Assembly (NCBI GenBank): GCA_965242725.1
Contig: CBDESZ010000014.1
Coordinates: 1-30,247 of the forward strand
DNA length: 30,247 bases
DNA from: Alkalispirochaeta sp.
Lineage (GTDB): Bacteria; Spirochaetota; Spirochaetia; DSM-27196; Alkalispirochaetaceae
Direction of reading: 5' to 3'
In this document: piece after piece, positions 8,375 to 17,527 of the stretch
Numbering within the stretch: position 1 is the first letter of the stretch
Layout: every line of letters begins with the position of its first letter
Position numbers and translations under genes: made by a program
The notes under the pieces: model-generated
What the model was told of the DNA's origin: nothing
What the model saw: the letters and a program-made list of their open reading frames with translations, nothing else
The model's database searches: none

Positions 8375-9705
8375 ATGGACCGGAACGACTCCGCCCATAC
8401 AGAATTACTCTCTTCCCGAAAAATGAAGCGAGGGCGGCGCCTCGTCCGTCGATTTGCAACGCTCAACGGAATTTCGGTCGCCCTTCTCATGGACAGCGTT
8501 CTCATTCTCTACGCCATTCGCAACGGGGTCGGTGATGTGGCTCTGGCGCTTCTGGCTTCCTTTGTCCATCTGTCGATGCCCCTGATGATTCTCGGAAAGG
8601 GGCGCGGTCCGGCGCTTCGGCGCCGCCCCGTACATGGGGAATCGGTTGGATTCTCCGTAATCTCTTTGCGATGATCATGGTACTTGCCCCCTTCGTTCCC
8701 GTCGGGGCACCTCAATACATCCGGACTTCGATTATCCTTGTAGGCGCTTTTGGATTCGCCGCTTTTCGGGCGATCGGCCTGGTGGGAAACTCACCGGTCA
8801 TCGGCGAAATCACGACTGAACGTGAGCGGGGGCGGTTTCTTTCGGGAAACTGGATACGCAACACGGCGGCACAGCTCATATCTCTGTCGGCGCTCATCCT
8901 TATACTCCGGGGAACCCCGCAGACATGGGTCTTTCAGCTCGTCATCGCCGTCGCCACACTGATTGGAGTGTACGTCGGATGGGTGCTTTCCCGTATTCCC
9001 GAGACCGGAGCTCCAAGACTCTCGGCGAGCAAACCCTTCGGGGAGGTTCTGAAGCTTGTCATACGCCGCCGTCGATTACGTCGTCTCCTCTTTGCCTGGG
9101 CCGCCGGATTTGCCGCCTATACGCTGGTGATCCCCTTCGCCGTCATCACGGTAAAAAACGGGTACGGTGTCTCCGACTATGAGGCGCTGATCTTCTCATT
9201 GGCGCTCCTCTCCGGCGGCATGACCGCCAGCGCCGTCAACCGGAGCGTGGCCGACGTCGTAGGCCCCCGGCCGCTTTTTATCATTTATGTCATCGCCCTT
9301 GCCGCTGTCGCCGCCTACTGGGCCGTCGCTCCGGCGGTTTTTCTGCCGATCCTGACGGGGGTGACCTTTTTTGTGGCCGGGTACTGCAAGTTCGGCATTC
9401 TCAGTGTCTCCAACCTCTACTTCCTCAATGTGTCGAAACCATCGGATCGGGTGGGCAGCGCCCTCATCCTGAGAATCGTCTCCGGCGCGACGGCGGGTCT
9501 CATCAGCGGATTTATCGGCGGTTCGATCATCGGGACGCTCGGTACAATGGGCTACGATGGAATCGACCTCTATCGGATGTTTTTTCGCATCGTCCTCGTC
9601 ATCTTTCTCTTCATCGTTCCCGGAGTGATCCGGCTGGACAAACTCAAGGAGTGGTCAGTAGGAAGAACGGCGGTCCTCATCTTCCAACCGTGGAAGGCGA
9701 AATGA
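8375..9705 (+). CDS. MFS-type transporter (one gene split by apparent sequencing frameshifts near 8600-8630)
   Basis: ORFs 8375..8674 and 8671..9705 join if one base is removed from each of a G-run and a C-run, giving ...LGKGAVRRFGAARTWGIGWILRNLFAMIM... The product has ~12 hydrophobic segments and MFS-like loops ('ITTERERGRF', 'ADVVGPRP', 'KPSDR'). Confidence 0.75.
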
Positions 9706-9722
9706 GAATGTATTCTCTCGTT

Positions 9723-11519
9723 TCATGACCCGTTCCGGCTGTCCCGGGCGCGGGGAAAAATCAACTCCACTTCGGCGCCGGTCGGACGGTTCCGAAAGGT
9801 AATCGTCCCGCCCAGCTGCTGGGCAAGGGCGTCTATGAGATGTACTCCCAGAGTATCCAGGCGTTTGCGCTGAAGTTCTTCCGTTATTTTGGGTGGAAAG
9901 CCGACACCGTCGTCGTGAACAACCAGCCGATACTGATGATCGTAGTTCCGCACGAAGGTGAGTCCTATCGTACCTGAACGGTCGTCGGGGTAGGCGTATT
10001 TGAGGACGTTGGAGATCAGTTCGTTGACGATGAGCCCGACGGGAATGGCGTTGTCCAGGTCCATGGCGATATCTTCAATGTCGTGGTGTATGGATATGCG
10101 GTGTCCGGCGGCGTTCATGGAACCGAAAAGAGAGGAAACAAGATCTTCGATGTATGCGGCCATGGAGATATGGGCAAGTGTGGATGACTGATAAAGCTGT
10201 TCGTGAACGAGCGCCATTGAGTGAACCCGGGTCTCGCAGTCACGAAAATAGGCCCGTGTCGTGGTATCGGTGATTCCGGCGCTCTGCATGTTGAGAATGC
10301 TGGAAATAACCTGCAGGTTGTTCTTCACGCGGTGATGGATTTCCTTGAGAAGCACTTCCTTTTCCGTCAGGGATTCCCGCAGCTGAGCGGTCACGAGGGA
10401 TCGGCGTCTGATGTTGACCCCCAGAAGGGTCACGAGAACAAGGAGCACCGTGAATACACCCGCCGTGACAAGAATCTCGACGCGATAGAGGTTCCAAATG
10501 GTGGTCTCCTCATTGACGAAGGTTGCCCCCGGAGGCAGATCGTGCCGGTCGATGTCAAACCGTTTCAGCACCTGGGCGTCAAAAATCCACCTGTTCGGAC
10601 TCGAGGTGAGAACGGGAATGTCTATCGTTTCCGTGCCCAGAAGTATTCGTCGAATTATCGCTCCCGCCGCGCGCCCCTGCTCTCGCCCGCTTGCCAGTTT
10701 TCCGCCGAGGGTGCCCGTCCCGACAAAGAAGTCCCATACCACAAAGACCGGTGTCGGCATCAGCCGGGAAACGATCGCACCTGCTGCGTCAAAGGGCAGG
10801 ACCTCGCCGTTCTCATCAAGGATCGATGCCGCAAGAAAAACGATGTCGTCAGGTTGAACCTTGTCGGCGATGTGCTGAACGCCGTACACGTCGATGGCCG
10901 GATAGAGTCGTATATTTCTGTCGGAACCGATTTCCCGCAATGACCGACGAATGAGTGGTACGTTTCGCTGCAGGGTGACGGTGCCGTCGCCGAGTATCCA
11001 GACCGTTTCTCCTTCACGGAGATTATGGGCGAGTTCAAAGGTCGACCGATAGTCGAGCTCTTCCACGACGCCACTTACGTTGCGGAGACCTTCGACCAGC
11101 AGCGGTTCATATGAGTTGATACCCGTGAAGATGACCGGTATCGGCCCGACGATCTCCTCACGGTGCAGGCGGACAAATTCCAGGGCGTGGTTATCCGCCG
11201 CGACGATAACGTCAAATTTCCACCCCGCGTATTTTTCAATCAGATGCCGTGCCGCGGCGTCAAAGTAGTCCGCGCTGTTGTGGTATTTGGAATCGAGAAA
11301 TTCACTGTGTACGACAACCCGCTCTTCCTGACCTGCTCGTATCGTCTCCCGCATCGTCTGATCGATATCGCGGGTCCACTGGAAATCGGTGTTATACGAA
11401 TGGATCACCAGTATACGATGCGTGATTTGTGTCGGTGACGCTTCGATGCGCGTTACCCCCGGGGCTGCCAGGATCATACTGAAGATGAGTACCAGAAGAG
11501 GAACACCGATGCGATCCAT
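9723..11519 (-). CDS. Sensor histidine kinase (HisKA_2 type) with a periplasmic substrate-binding-like sensor domain
   Basis: H-box '[16 protein letters not shown]', '[12 protein letters not shown]', 'DDGVG', '[15 protein letters not shown]'. N-terminal signal/TM segment, ~320-aa extracytoplasmic domain ('RILVIHSY...WT'), then a second TM. Start re-assigned to ATG at 11519. Confidence 0.88.
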   Translation of the reverse strand: MDRIGVPLLVLIFSMILAAPGVTRIEASPTQITHRILVIHSYNTDFQWTRDIDQTMRETIRAGQEERVVVHSEFLDSKYHNSADYFDAAARHLIEKYAGWKFDVIVAADNHALEFVRLHREEIVGPIPVIFTGINSYEPLLVEGLRNVSGVVEELDYRSTFELAHNLREGETVWILGDGTVTLQRNVPLIRRSLREIGSDRNIRLYPAIDVYGVQHIADKVQPDDIVFLAASILDENGEVLPFDAAGAIVSRLMPTPVFVVWDFFVGTGTLGGKLASGREQGRAAGAIIRRILLGTETIDIPVLTSSPNRWIFDAQVLKRFDIDRHDLPPGATFVNEETTIWNLYRVEILVTAGVFTVLLVLVTLLGVNIRRRSLVTAQLRESLTEKEVLLKEIHHRVKNNLQVISSILNMQSAGITDTTTRAYFRDCETRVHSMALVHEQLYQSSTLAHISMAAYIEDLVSSLFGSMNAAGHRISIHHDIEDIAMDLDNAIPVGLIVNELISNVLKYAYPDDRSGTIGLTFVRNYDHQYRLVVHDDGVGFPPKITEELQRKRLDTLGVHLIDALAQQLGGTITFRNRPTGAEVELIFPRARDSRNGS

Positions 11520-11525
11520 CACACC

Positions 11526-11576
11526 ATTGTAATGGCGAAGCGCCGCCTTTACGAGAGGGTACGGCGGCGTTACCTT
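11526..11576. promoter_or_regulatory. Overlapping divergent promoters, both positioned for leaderless mRNAs
   Basis: Plus strand: TTTACG(11548-53)-17-TACCTT(11571-76)-7 nt-ATG. Minus strand: TCGTAA-17-TACAAT(11531-26)-6 nt-ATG. No SD before either start. Confidence 0.55.
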
Positions 11577-11583
11577 CAATGGT

Positions 11584-12033
11584 ATGATTCAGTTATTCGC
11601 GTATCCCCTGGTCGCGGCCGTCGTCGCACAGGTGAGCGCTCAGGTGGTGAAAGTTATCCTCTACTCCGTGTCGGAACGGAGATTTGCCGCCAACCGATTT
11701 CTCTCCGCCTCAGGCATGCCCAGTGCGCATTCAGCCTTCGTCACCGCTCTGGCCACATCGATCGGCGTGAAGCACGGTGTGCAGAGCGATATCTTTGCCG
11801 TGAGCGCCGTTTTTGCGGCGATCGTCGTTTACGACTCGTTTCGATTGCGGGGGCAGGTACAGCGTCACGCGGAAGTCCTCAACCAGTTGCTCAAGCCGAG
11901 ACTGGATGTCTCCGCACAACCCGTCCATGGAAAAGCAACAAACAGGACTGTTCGTCTTTCGGAGCATGTAGGCCATACCGTTCCGGAAATCATCGCCGGT
12001 GTCGCCTGGGGCATACTTATCGCGTGGTTGTGA
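11584..12033 (+). CDS. Divergent PAP2 family protein (DUF212/YuiD-like)
   Basis: 149-aa membrane protein with 'AQVVKV', 'SGMPSAHSA', 'VVYDS..LR.Q' and '[10 protein letters not shown]'. Confidence 0.9.
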   Translation: MIQLFAYPLVAAVVAQVSAQVVKVILYSVSERRFAANRFLSASGMPSAHSAFVTALATSIGVKHGVQSDIFAVSAVFAAIVVYDSFRLRGQVQRHAEVLNQLLKPRLDVSAQPVHGKATNRTVRLSEHVGHTVPEIIAGVAWGILIAWL

Positions 12034-12060
12034 TCGTACGTACGACACCGCCGTACGCCG

Positions 12061-12740
12061 TTAAAAGGTTGTGTACGCGGAAACATCCCGAATGACGATA
12101 TAGACGCTCACCTGCGCCTCATATTCACCGTGCACTGTGCGGATTCGCGGGGGCCGACGAAGAACGACGGTACCGGTGACCTCTCGAGGCCGGTTCAGGT
12201 AGCGACCTCTCAGGTGATCCCGAATTGCATAGTGAATCCCGTCTTCAATGGCTGCAATTTTCCCCTCATATCCGTCAAGAAGCGGCGCGTGACCGATGCC
12301 TTCGGTCTGGTCCCGGTCAGTGTTTTGCCACGATCGAAGCCTGATACGATCGGTTTCCGAAAGGGTGTAATCCATGAGGCCGTACATGGTCGTTTCCTCG
12401 TACCGCACCTCCCGCAGTCGAAGTCCCGGATCTCCCCATGGAATGGACTCAATCGGGGTCAAATCAAAATAGCGTTCCACCTTTCGGGCGGCATATTCAG
12501 GGATATAGACGAAGTCAAAACCGAAAATCATCCCCGAAATCGTGTACTGCCCCTCCTTCAGGAGCCGTTCTTCCGTGGACAATTCGCCGTGGATGATTTT
12601 GTCGGTGCTCGCCCACAACTCAAGGGTCAACCTGTCACCCCACGGCTCCGGTGGAACCGGTGTTTGAGCCGTCATTCCGGGGGACGGGTAAAGAGAGAAA
12701 TACATGCGAATGCGGCGAGGACGACGCGACGTCGACTCAT
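12061..12740 (-). CDS. Exported hypothetical protein (apparent frameshift in the signal-peptide region near 12680)
   Basis: ATG at 12740, 5 nt after the rhomboid stop, reads MSRRRVVLAAFACISLFT (signal-like). It joins the long ORF frame (…PGMTAQTPVPPEPWGD…) across two C-runs. Function not recognised. Confidence 0.65.
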
Positions 12741-12745
12741 TACCG

Positions 12746-13378
12746 CTACCCGAAGAAGCGTCTGTACGGACTGATTCCCATGCGAATGATGAAATAGAGA
12801 TAGGCAAAGCCGAATCCCGCGAGATGGGTCAAATGTGCGATATTACCGCCCCGGCCGCTCATCTGGGAAAAGAGTTCCAGAACGGTATACCCGATGACAA
12901 GTACCGCCGCCCGGACGGGGATTATCCCGAATATGAAGATCTCCGCGTTGGGAAAAAAGGTCGCAAACGCGAGGAGTACCGCAAACACTGCGCCCGACGC
13001 ACCGAGGAGAAAGACATAATAGTTGCCGGTAAACCAGTACACCCCGAGGGAAAACAATCCCGCAAGGAACCCGGTGAGGAGATAAAAGAGGAGAAACTCC
13101 CAGCTGCCGAGTTGTCGCTCCACCTGTGTCCCGAAAAAGAAGAGGCCCAGCATATTGAAGAGCAAATGGGATATCCCGGAGTGGGCAAACATATAGGTAA
13201 AAGGCTGCCACACAAAACCTTCCACCACCGTCAGGGCGGGATTCATCGCGAGATAGGAGACGATCTGCCCGTTCATGTTGCTCAGGAAAAAAACAAAGAG
13301 GTTAATACCGATGAGGATGAAGGTCATATTGCCTTCATAGTATGGCAGGTTGCGCCGCCAGAAAGGTTGTCGTACCAC
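12746..13378 (-). CDS. Rhomboid family intramembrane serine protease
   Basis: 'WQPFTYMFAH', 'HLLFNM', catalytic 'GASG' and 'AHLTHLAG'. Start placed at GTG 13378 because of the promoter 6 nt upstream. Confidence 0.93.
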   Translation of the reverse strand: MVRQPFWRRNLPYYEGNMTFILIGINLFVFFLSNMNGQIVSYLAMNPALTVVEGFVWQPFTYMFAHSGISHLLFNMLGLFFFGTQVERQLGSWEFLLFYLLTGFLAGLFSLGVYWFTGNYYVFLLGASGAVFAVLLAFATFFPNAEIFIFGIIPVRAAVLVIGYTVLELFSQMSGRGGNIAHLTHLAGFGFAYLYFIIRMGISPYRRFFG

Positions 13379-13384
13379 CCGAAA

Positions 13385-13413
13385 ACGGTATTGCCTTTCC
13401 CGTCCCCGGTCAA
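13385..13413 (-). promoter_or_regulatory. sigma70-like promoter directly abutting the rhomboid GTG (leaderless)
   Basis: TTGACC(13413-08)-17 nt-TACCGT(13390-85)-6 nt-GTG. Confidence 0.6.
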
Positions 13414-13435
13414 GTGCGATACCATGATTCCCGTC

Positions 13436-14017
13436 ATGGCGAAACACGGGCGACGAAGACAGGACCATCTGGCGCGAAGCGCACAGGGTGAAGGCTATTA
13501 CGCGCGAAGCGTCTATAAACTGAAAGAAATTGACCGTCGGTATCACCTCTTTTCTCATCCGGGGCTGAAGGTTCTCGACCTGGGTGCAGCACCGGGGTCG
13601 TGGACGCAATACGCCGTTGGAAACGGTGCCGACGTGGTCGCCGTGGATCTCACACCCATGGAGGTTGCAGGTGCTGCCTGCCGCACCGGCGATTTCACTG
13701 ATCCCCCCATGGTGGAGGAAATACACAGGGCGGGACCATTTGATATCGTCATGAGCGACGCCGCGCCGGCTACGACGGGAAACCGCGTCGTCGATACCGG
13801 GAGAAGTGAGGCGCTGGTGGAGTCCATCCTGTGGAATCTCGATGGGTGGCTCGCACCTTCAGGAGCATGCGTCGCAAAAATATTCCAGGGCGGCGGTGAA
13901 CAGCGGCTGCGACAGGAGTTTCAGCAACGATTTGCCAAAGCGGCGCTTTTTCGGCCCCGGTCGGTACGGAAGGAATCCTTTGAAACGTATCTCGTGGGAA
14001 CGGGATTTCTCCGCTAA
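13436..14017 (+). CDS. rlmE: 23S rRNA Um2552 2'-O-methyltransferase RlmE (FtsJ/RrmJ)
   Basis: 'ARSVYKLKEID', SAM motif 'VLDLGAAPGSW', 'VMSDAAP', 'VAKIFQG', 'RKESFETY' (K-D-K-E tetrad). The real start lies inside the 437-aa ORF (13436; 13424 is an alternative). Confidence 0.93.
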   Translation: MAKHGRRRQDHLARSAQGEGYYARSVYKLKEIDRRYHLFSHPGLKVLDLGAAPGSWTQYAVGNGADVVAVDLTPMEVAGAACRTGDFTDPPMVEEIHRAGPFDIVMSDAAPATTGNRVVDTGRSEALVESILWNLDGWLAPSGACVAKIFQGGGEQRLRQEFQQRFAKAALFRPRSVRKESFETYLVGTGFLR

Positions 14018-14054
14018 AAAAAAAACGAAGCCGCGCTTGAAACAGCGCGGCCTC
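14016..14054 (-). terminator. Intrinsic terminator on the minus strand
   Basis: Minus strand reads GAGGCCGCGCT-GTTTCA-AGCGCGGCTTC-G-T10. Confidence 0.85.
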
Positions 14055-14112
14055 AACCCTAAGATCGCGGAGAAAATGAAGAACGGAAGATGTCTACGCC
14101 CCTGACAATCCT
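14016..14112 (-). ncRNA. Candidate small regulatory RNA (~100 nt), or the 3' UTR of the EAL gene
   Basis: Own promoter-like TCGACT-17-TATTAT (14147-14119), a weak 5' hairpin, a CU-rich tract CTTCCGTTCTTCATTTTCTCC, and a strong terminator. Confidence 0.4.
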
Positions 14113-14150
14113 GGTAGAATAATATCGCTTGCGCGGCGCAAAGTCGAATT

Positions 14151-16694
14151 TTATGTGATGAATTTTTCGTGCTGGTTACGGGGAGACCCCAGGAGTTTCA
14201 GAAAGTCGTCACGACCCATGGGAACACCGAAAAGATATCCCTGTCCCTCGAGACAGCCTTTTTTTACCAGAAAATGACGCTGTCCCTCGGTTTCAATGCC
14301 CTCGGCAACGGTCTTCAGCTGCAATGCCCTTCCCATGGCGATAATCGTCGTGATGATCGCCTGGTCACTCGTGTCCGTACCGAGATCCTTTACGAAGGAG
14401 CGGTCGATTTTCAGCACATCCACGGGAAGTCGCTTGAGATAATTCAACGAGGAGTATCCGGTGCCGAAGTCGTCTATCGCAAGGGACAGCCCGCGGTCCT
14501 TAATACCTTTGATGATGGGGAGCGTCTTTTCCACATCATCCATGACGACGCTCTCGGTTAGTTCAATCTCCAGGGATCCTGAGGGGCAGCAATCTCCGAC
14601 GATCGCGGTGAGGCGATCGAGAAATGCGGGGTCGTGTATTTCCCGCATCGACGCGTTGAAGGAAATGGTCATACCCGGCATGTTTGATCCGAATACCGCG
14701 GAAAGGTCGTGGCGAATCTTTGACAACAGCGCTTCTCCAAGAGGCACGATCATGTTTGTCTCTTCCGCGAGAGGAATGAACTCGTCCGGTGAGACGATGG
14801 TGCCGTCGTCCCGAATCCATCGCGCCAGTGCTTCCGCTCCGAGAATCTCCCCGCTGGCAAGATCGATTCGGGGTTGGTAGAAGGGCATAAATCTTCCCCG
14901 TACCAGATCCTGTCGCATCTGTGCTTCCAGAGAAATCTTGCGCCTCAGTGCCGCATCCAGCGCGGCGGTAAACATACCGACTCGCCCCCGGTCGGGCAGC
15001 TGGGGGCGTGACTTGGCCTGATACATCGCGATTTCCGCGCTGTTCAGGAGCGTTTCCGCGTCGTTGCCGTCTTCAGGATAGAGCGCGACGCCCATGCTAA
15101 CGGTGATCTGAACGGAGGTGCCGTCAACCGAAATGGGAGTACCGCACAGGCTGGAAATCTTTTCCGTTATGTGAGCGTATTCCCACTCGTCGGCGACTTC
15201 TTCTACGAGCAGCCCGAATTCATCACCGCCGATACGTGCGACGGTGATGCCGGACCCGACCGTTTGTTTCAGCAGCAGGGCAAAAACCTCGAGAAATGAA
15301 TCACCGAACGTATGACCCATGGACTCGTTGACCTTTCGGAAATCGTCAATGTCCGCGATAACCACCGCCGTTGTCCGGACCTGTTTCCGGGAGGTCCTGA
15401 TGGACGACGCAATACGCTCGAGAAACGAGGCGCGGTTGGGCAACTTGGTCAATCCGTCGAAATTGGCGTGAAACGCCGCTTCTGCCTCCTTGGCGCGAAG
15501 TTCCGTAAGGTCGTGAAAAATGGCGACGTAGTTGGAGATTTCACCCGACTCGGAGTAGATAGCCCGTATTTCCAGCCATTCCGGGTATATTTCGCCGGTT
15601 TTGCGGCGATTCCAGATCTCTCCGTGCCATTCACCGACGGTGAGAAGGCGCTGCCACATTTCCGCATAGAACGATTCGTCGTGACGGCCCGATTTGAGAA
15701 TACTCGTCTTTTGTCCCACCGCTTCGCGGGGTTGGTATCCCGTGATCCGTGAAAAGGACGCGTTGATCTGTTGGACGACACCGTCGGCATCCGTGACGGT
15801 CACGCCGTTCAGGGATGTCTCAACGACGGTATTCATGAGCTGCAGCTGCTGACTCACATCGGTCAGCGTCGTTGTACGTTCCCGTAATAACGTGTCCAGT
15901 TCCCGGTTGACCCGCTGCAGCTCCTTTTCAGTCGAGATTCTGGTGGTGATATCCCGGGCGATCCCGATGACGATGTCCATGTCCGTCCACCGATAGAGCG
16001 AAACCTGCATCTCAACGGGAACGACGCTGCCGTCGGCGCGTCGATGGGTCGTACGAAAGGGTTTTCGGGACGAGTCTGTCTTCATTGCGAGTATGAGTCG
16101 TCGAATCTCGCCTGCAGGTACCTGAACGTCGATATCCATTGGTCCCATGGTAAGCAGTTGTTCCCGGCTGTAGCCGAGCATCCGGAGGGCGGCGGAGTTC
16201 ACGTCCAGAAAGGTCATGGACTCCGAATCGACGAGATACACAGCGTCTTCGGTGGCCTCCAAAGCCGCCTGGAGACGACGAACGTGTCCTGCCCGTTCGG
16301 TCCGCCCGTCGTTCAACAGGGTGACAACGACCCGCTCCGAGGGACCCGCCTGACTCGTCGGTGCGATATGAACCCTTACCGGGGTATACTGCGTATCGTC
16401 GGATGTTCGATACGAGGTTTTCACGATTCTCGTGGTACCGGACACCACATCCTGCAGCGACTGGGAGAGGCGTTGGAAATCGTTTGGATCGGTAAAGGAG
16501 AAGACGTTTCGTCCGACTATCGATAGGGCGGGCTCCCCGAGAACGGTTACCGCCGCCGGATTGAGATCATGGATCGTACCGTCGGGGTCCGCGATGAGAA
16601 CGCCGAACGGCAGTGAGTGTATCAGAGGGGTACACCTGTCGTCGCTCACCTGAAGCGAAGAAGATACCCCGGCGAATAACCGATGAGAAGACAT
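14151..16694 (-). CDS. PAS-PAS-PAS-GGDEF-EAL diguanylate cyclase/phosphodiesterase
   Basis: 847 aa with three PAS/PAC-like repeats, 'DGLTKLPNR', intact 'RIGGDEF', 'EALARW', 'EIELTE', 'IDDFGTGYSSL' and 'AEGIET'. Confidence 0.93.
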   Translation of the reverse strand: MSSHRLFAGVSSSLQVSDDRCTPLIHSLPFGVLIADPDGTIHDLNPAAVTVLGEPALSIVGRNVFSFTDPNDFQRLSQSLQDVVSGTTRIVKTSYRTSDDTQYTPVRVHIAPTSQAGPSERVVVTLLNDGRTERAGHVRRLQAALEATEDAVYLVDSESMTFLDVNSAALRMLGYSREQLLTMGPMDIDVQVPAGEIRRLILAMKTDSSRKPFRTTHRRADGSVVPVEMQVSLYRWTDMDIVIGIARDITTRISTEKELQRVNRELDTLLRERTTTLTDVSQQLQLMNTVVETSLNGVTVTDADGVVQQINASFSRITGYQPREAVGQKTSILKSGRHDESFYAEMWQRLLTVGEWHGEIWNRRKTGEIYPEWLEIRAIYSESGEISNYVAIFHDLTELRAKEAEAAFHANFDGLTKLPNRASFLERIASSIRTSRKQVRTTAVVIADIDDFRKVNESMGHTFGDSFLEVFALLLKQTVGSGITVARIGGDEFGLLVEEVADEWEYAHITEKISSLCGTPISVDGTSVQITVSMGVALYPEDGNDAETLLNSAEIAMYQAKSRPQLPDRGRVGMFTAALDAALRRKISLEAQMRQDLVRGRFMPFYQPRIDLASGEILGAEALARWIRDDGTIVSPDEFIPLAEETNMIVPLGEALLSKIRHDLSAVFGSNMPGMTISFNASMREIHDPAFLDRLTAIVGDCCPSGSLEIELTESVVMDDVEKTLPIIKGIKDRGLSLAIDDFGTGYSSLNYLKRLPVDVLKIDRSFVKDLGTDTSDQAIITTIIAMGRALQLKTVAEGIETEGQRHFLVKKGCLEGQGYLFGVPMGRDDFLKLLGSPRNQHEKFIT

Positions 16695-16815
16695 ATACTT
16701 ATCCTGGGCACACGGAAAAATAACCGAAAATCACGAGCGTCCCTTTTACATTACCGACAATATACCGTAGCGGAAGGAAAACCACAAGGAATTTCATATT
16801 TTCGATAGTGCAGAG

Positions 16816-17523
16816 CTACTGGAGACGGAAGGTGACGCTGATGAGGGTCGTATCGTCGACGGTAGTGTTGTTTCGCCGGGCGGGAAGAAAGGCAGTGTCC
16901 AGAACGGCGTCAACCGCAGCGGAATCGAGGCGCCTGTTGCCGGAACTTTTCGCAATTTCCACATTCAGTACGTTTCCTCTGGACGAAATATGAACCTCCA
17001 GGAGGACATCTCCCTCGATCCCGCGCCGCCGCGCCGAGTAGGGGTAGGCCGGCGCGATCGGTGACGCCGGCCGGGGAGGTTCCATAGTGCTGTCGCCGTT
17101 CCGTTCATTGGTGAGGTTCCGTTCGGGACGAGGTGATTCCGGGACGGCCGATGCATCGGGGGATCGGCGCTCCGCGGGCGATTCCGACGGCGATTCTTGG
17201 GCGGCAGGTTCCGCGGCAGGTCGCGACACCTCCGGTATCGCGGCGGGCGGCGGGGACGGGGGCGGATTTGTGACCGGTTGAGGCTCCGGCGCCGGCGACG
17301 CTACCGCAGGCGGGTCCCGCCGCGGCGGCGTCGCCACCGGTGTGGCGGGTGCGACGAGACGTACCTCCATTGAGGCGGGAGCGGACCGCACCGAGGAGCC
17401 GGTCTCCGATACGACCGAACGGTACACCCCGACACCCGCCCAAATTCCGGAGTGCAGGAAGAGCGAGGCGGCGAGGGCGAGAGCCCCTCGCCGCCGGAAC
17501 GACGTCAGTCGCCGCCGTGCCAA
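16816..17523 (-). CDS. tonB: Energy transducer TonB
   Basis: N-terminal TM with S-x3-H ('ASLFLHS'), a Pro-rich linker and a TonB C-domain ('PAYPYSARRRGIEGDVLLEVHI...SSGNRRLDSAAV...FLPA'). Starts 4 nt downstream of the receptor gene. Confidence 0.92.
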   Translation of the reverse strand: MARRRLTSFRRRGALALAASLFLHSGIWAGVGVYRSVVSETGSSVRSAPASMEVRLVAPATPVATPPRRDPPAVASPAPEPQPVTNPPPSPPPAAIPEVSRPAAEPAAQESPSESPAERRSPDASAVPESPRPERNLTNERNGDSTMEPPRPASPIAPAYPYSARRRGIEGDVLLEVHISSRGNVLNVEIAKSSGNRRLDSAAVDAVLDTAFLPARRNNTTVDDTTLISVTFRLQ

Positions 17524-17527
17524 CGGT

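Noticed and set aside
12704..13726. Long overlapping antisense ORF extensions of rlmE (437 aa) and rhomboid (326 aa)
   Set aside because: The recognisable domains do not overlap. The real starts (13378 minus, ~13436 plus) are divergent. The extensions are open-frame shadows typical of GC-rich DNA.
14069..14120. Plus-strand mini-ORF MKNGRCLRP after GGAG, and a TGG-TAGAAT extended -10 pointing antisense into the EAL gene
   Set aside because: SD-ATG spacing is only 3 nt and the peptide is 9 aa. The terminator polarity (U-tract on minus) favours a minus-strand RNA. Not excluded, but unsupported.
16715..16770. AAAATAACCGA and TTACCGAC words upstream of the EAL gene resembling the tetR promoter/operator region
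   Set aside because: Half-sites only, with no TACC-N8-GGTA palindrome. Matches this short are expected by chance in AT-rich intergenic DNA.
17150..17350. Low-complexity GC-rich stretch
   Set aside because: Explained by the Pro/Ala-rich periplasmic linker of TonB.
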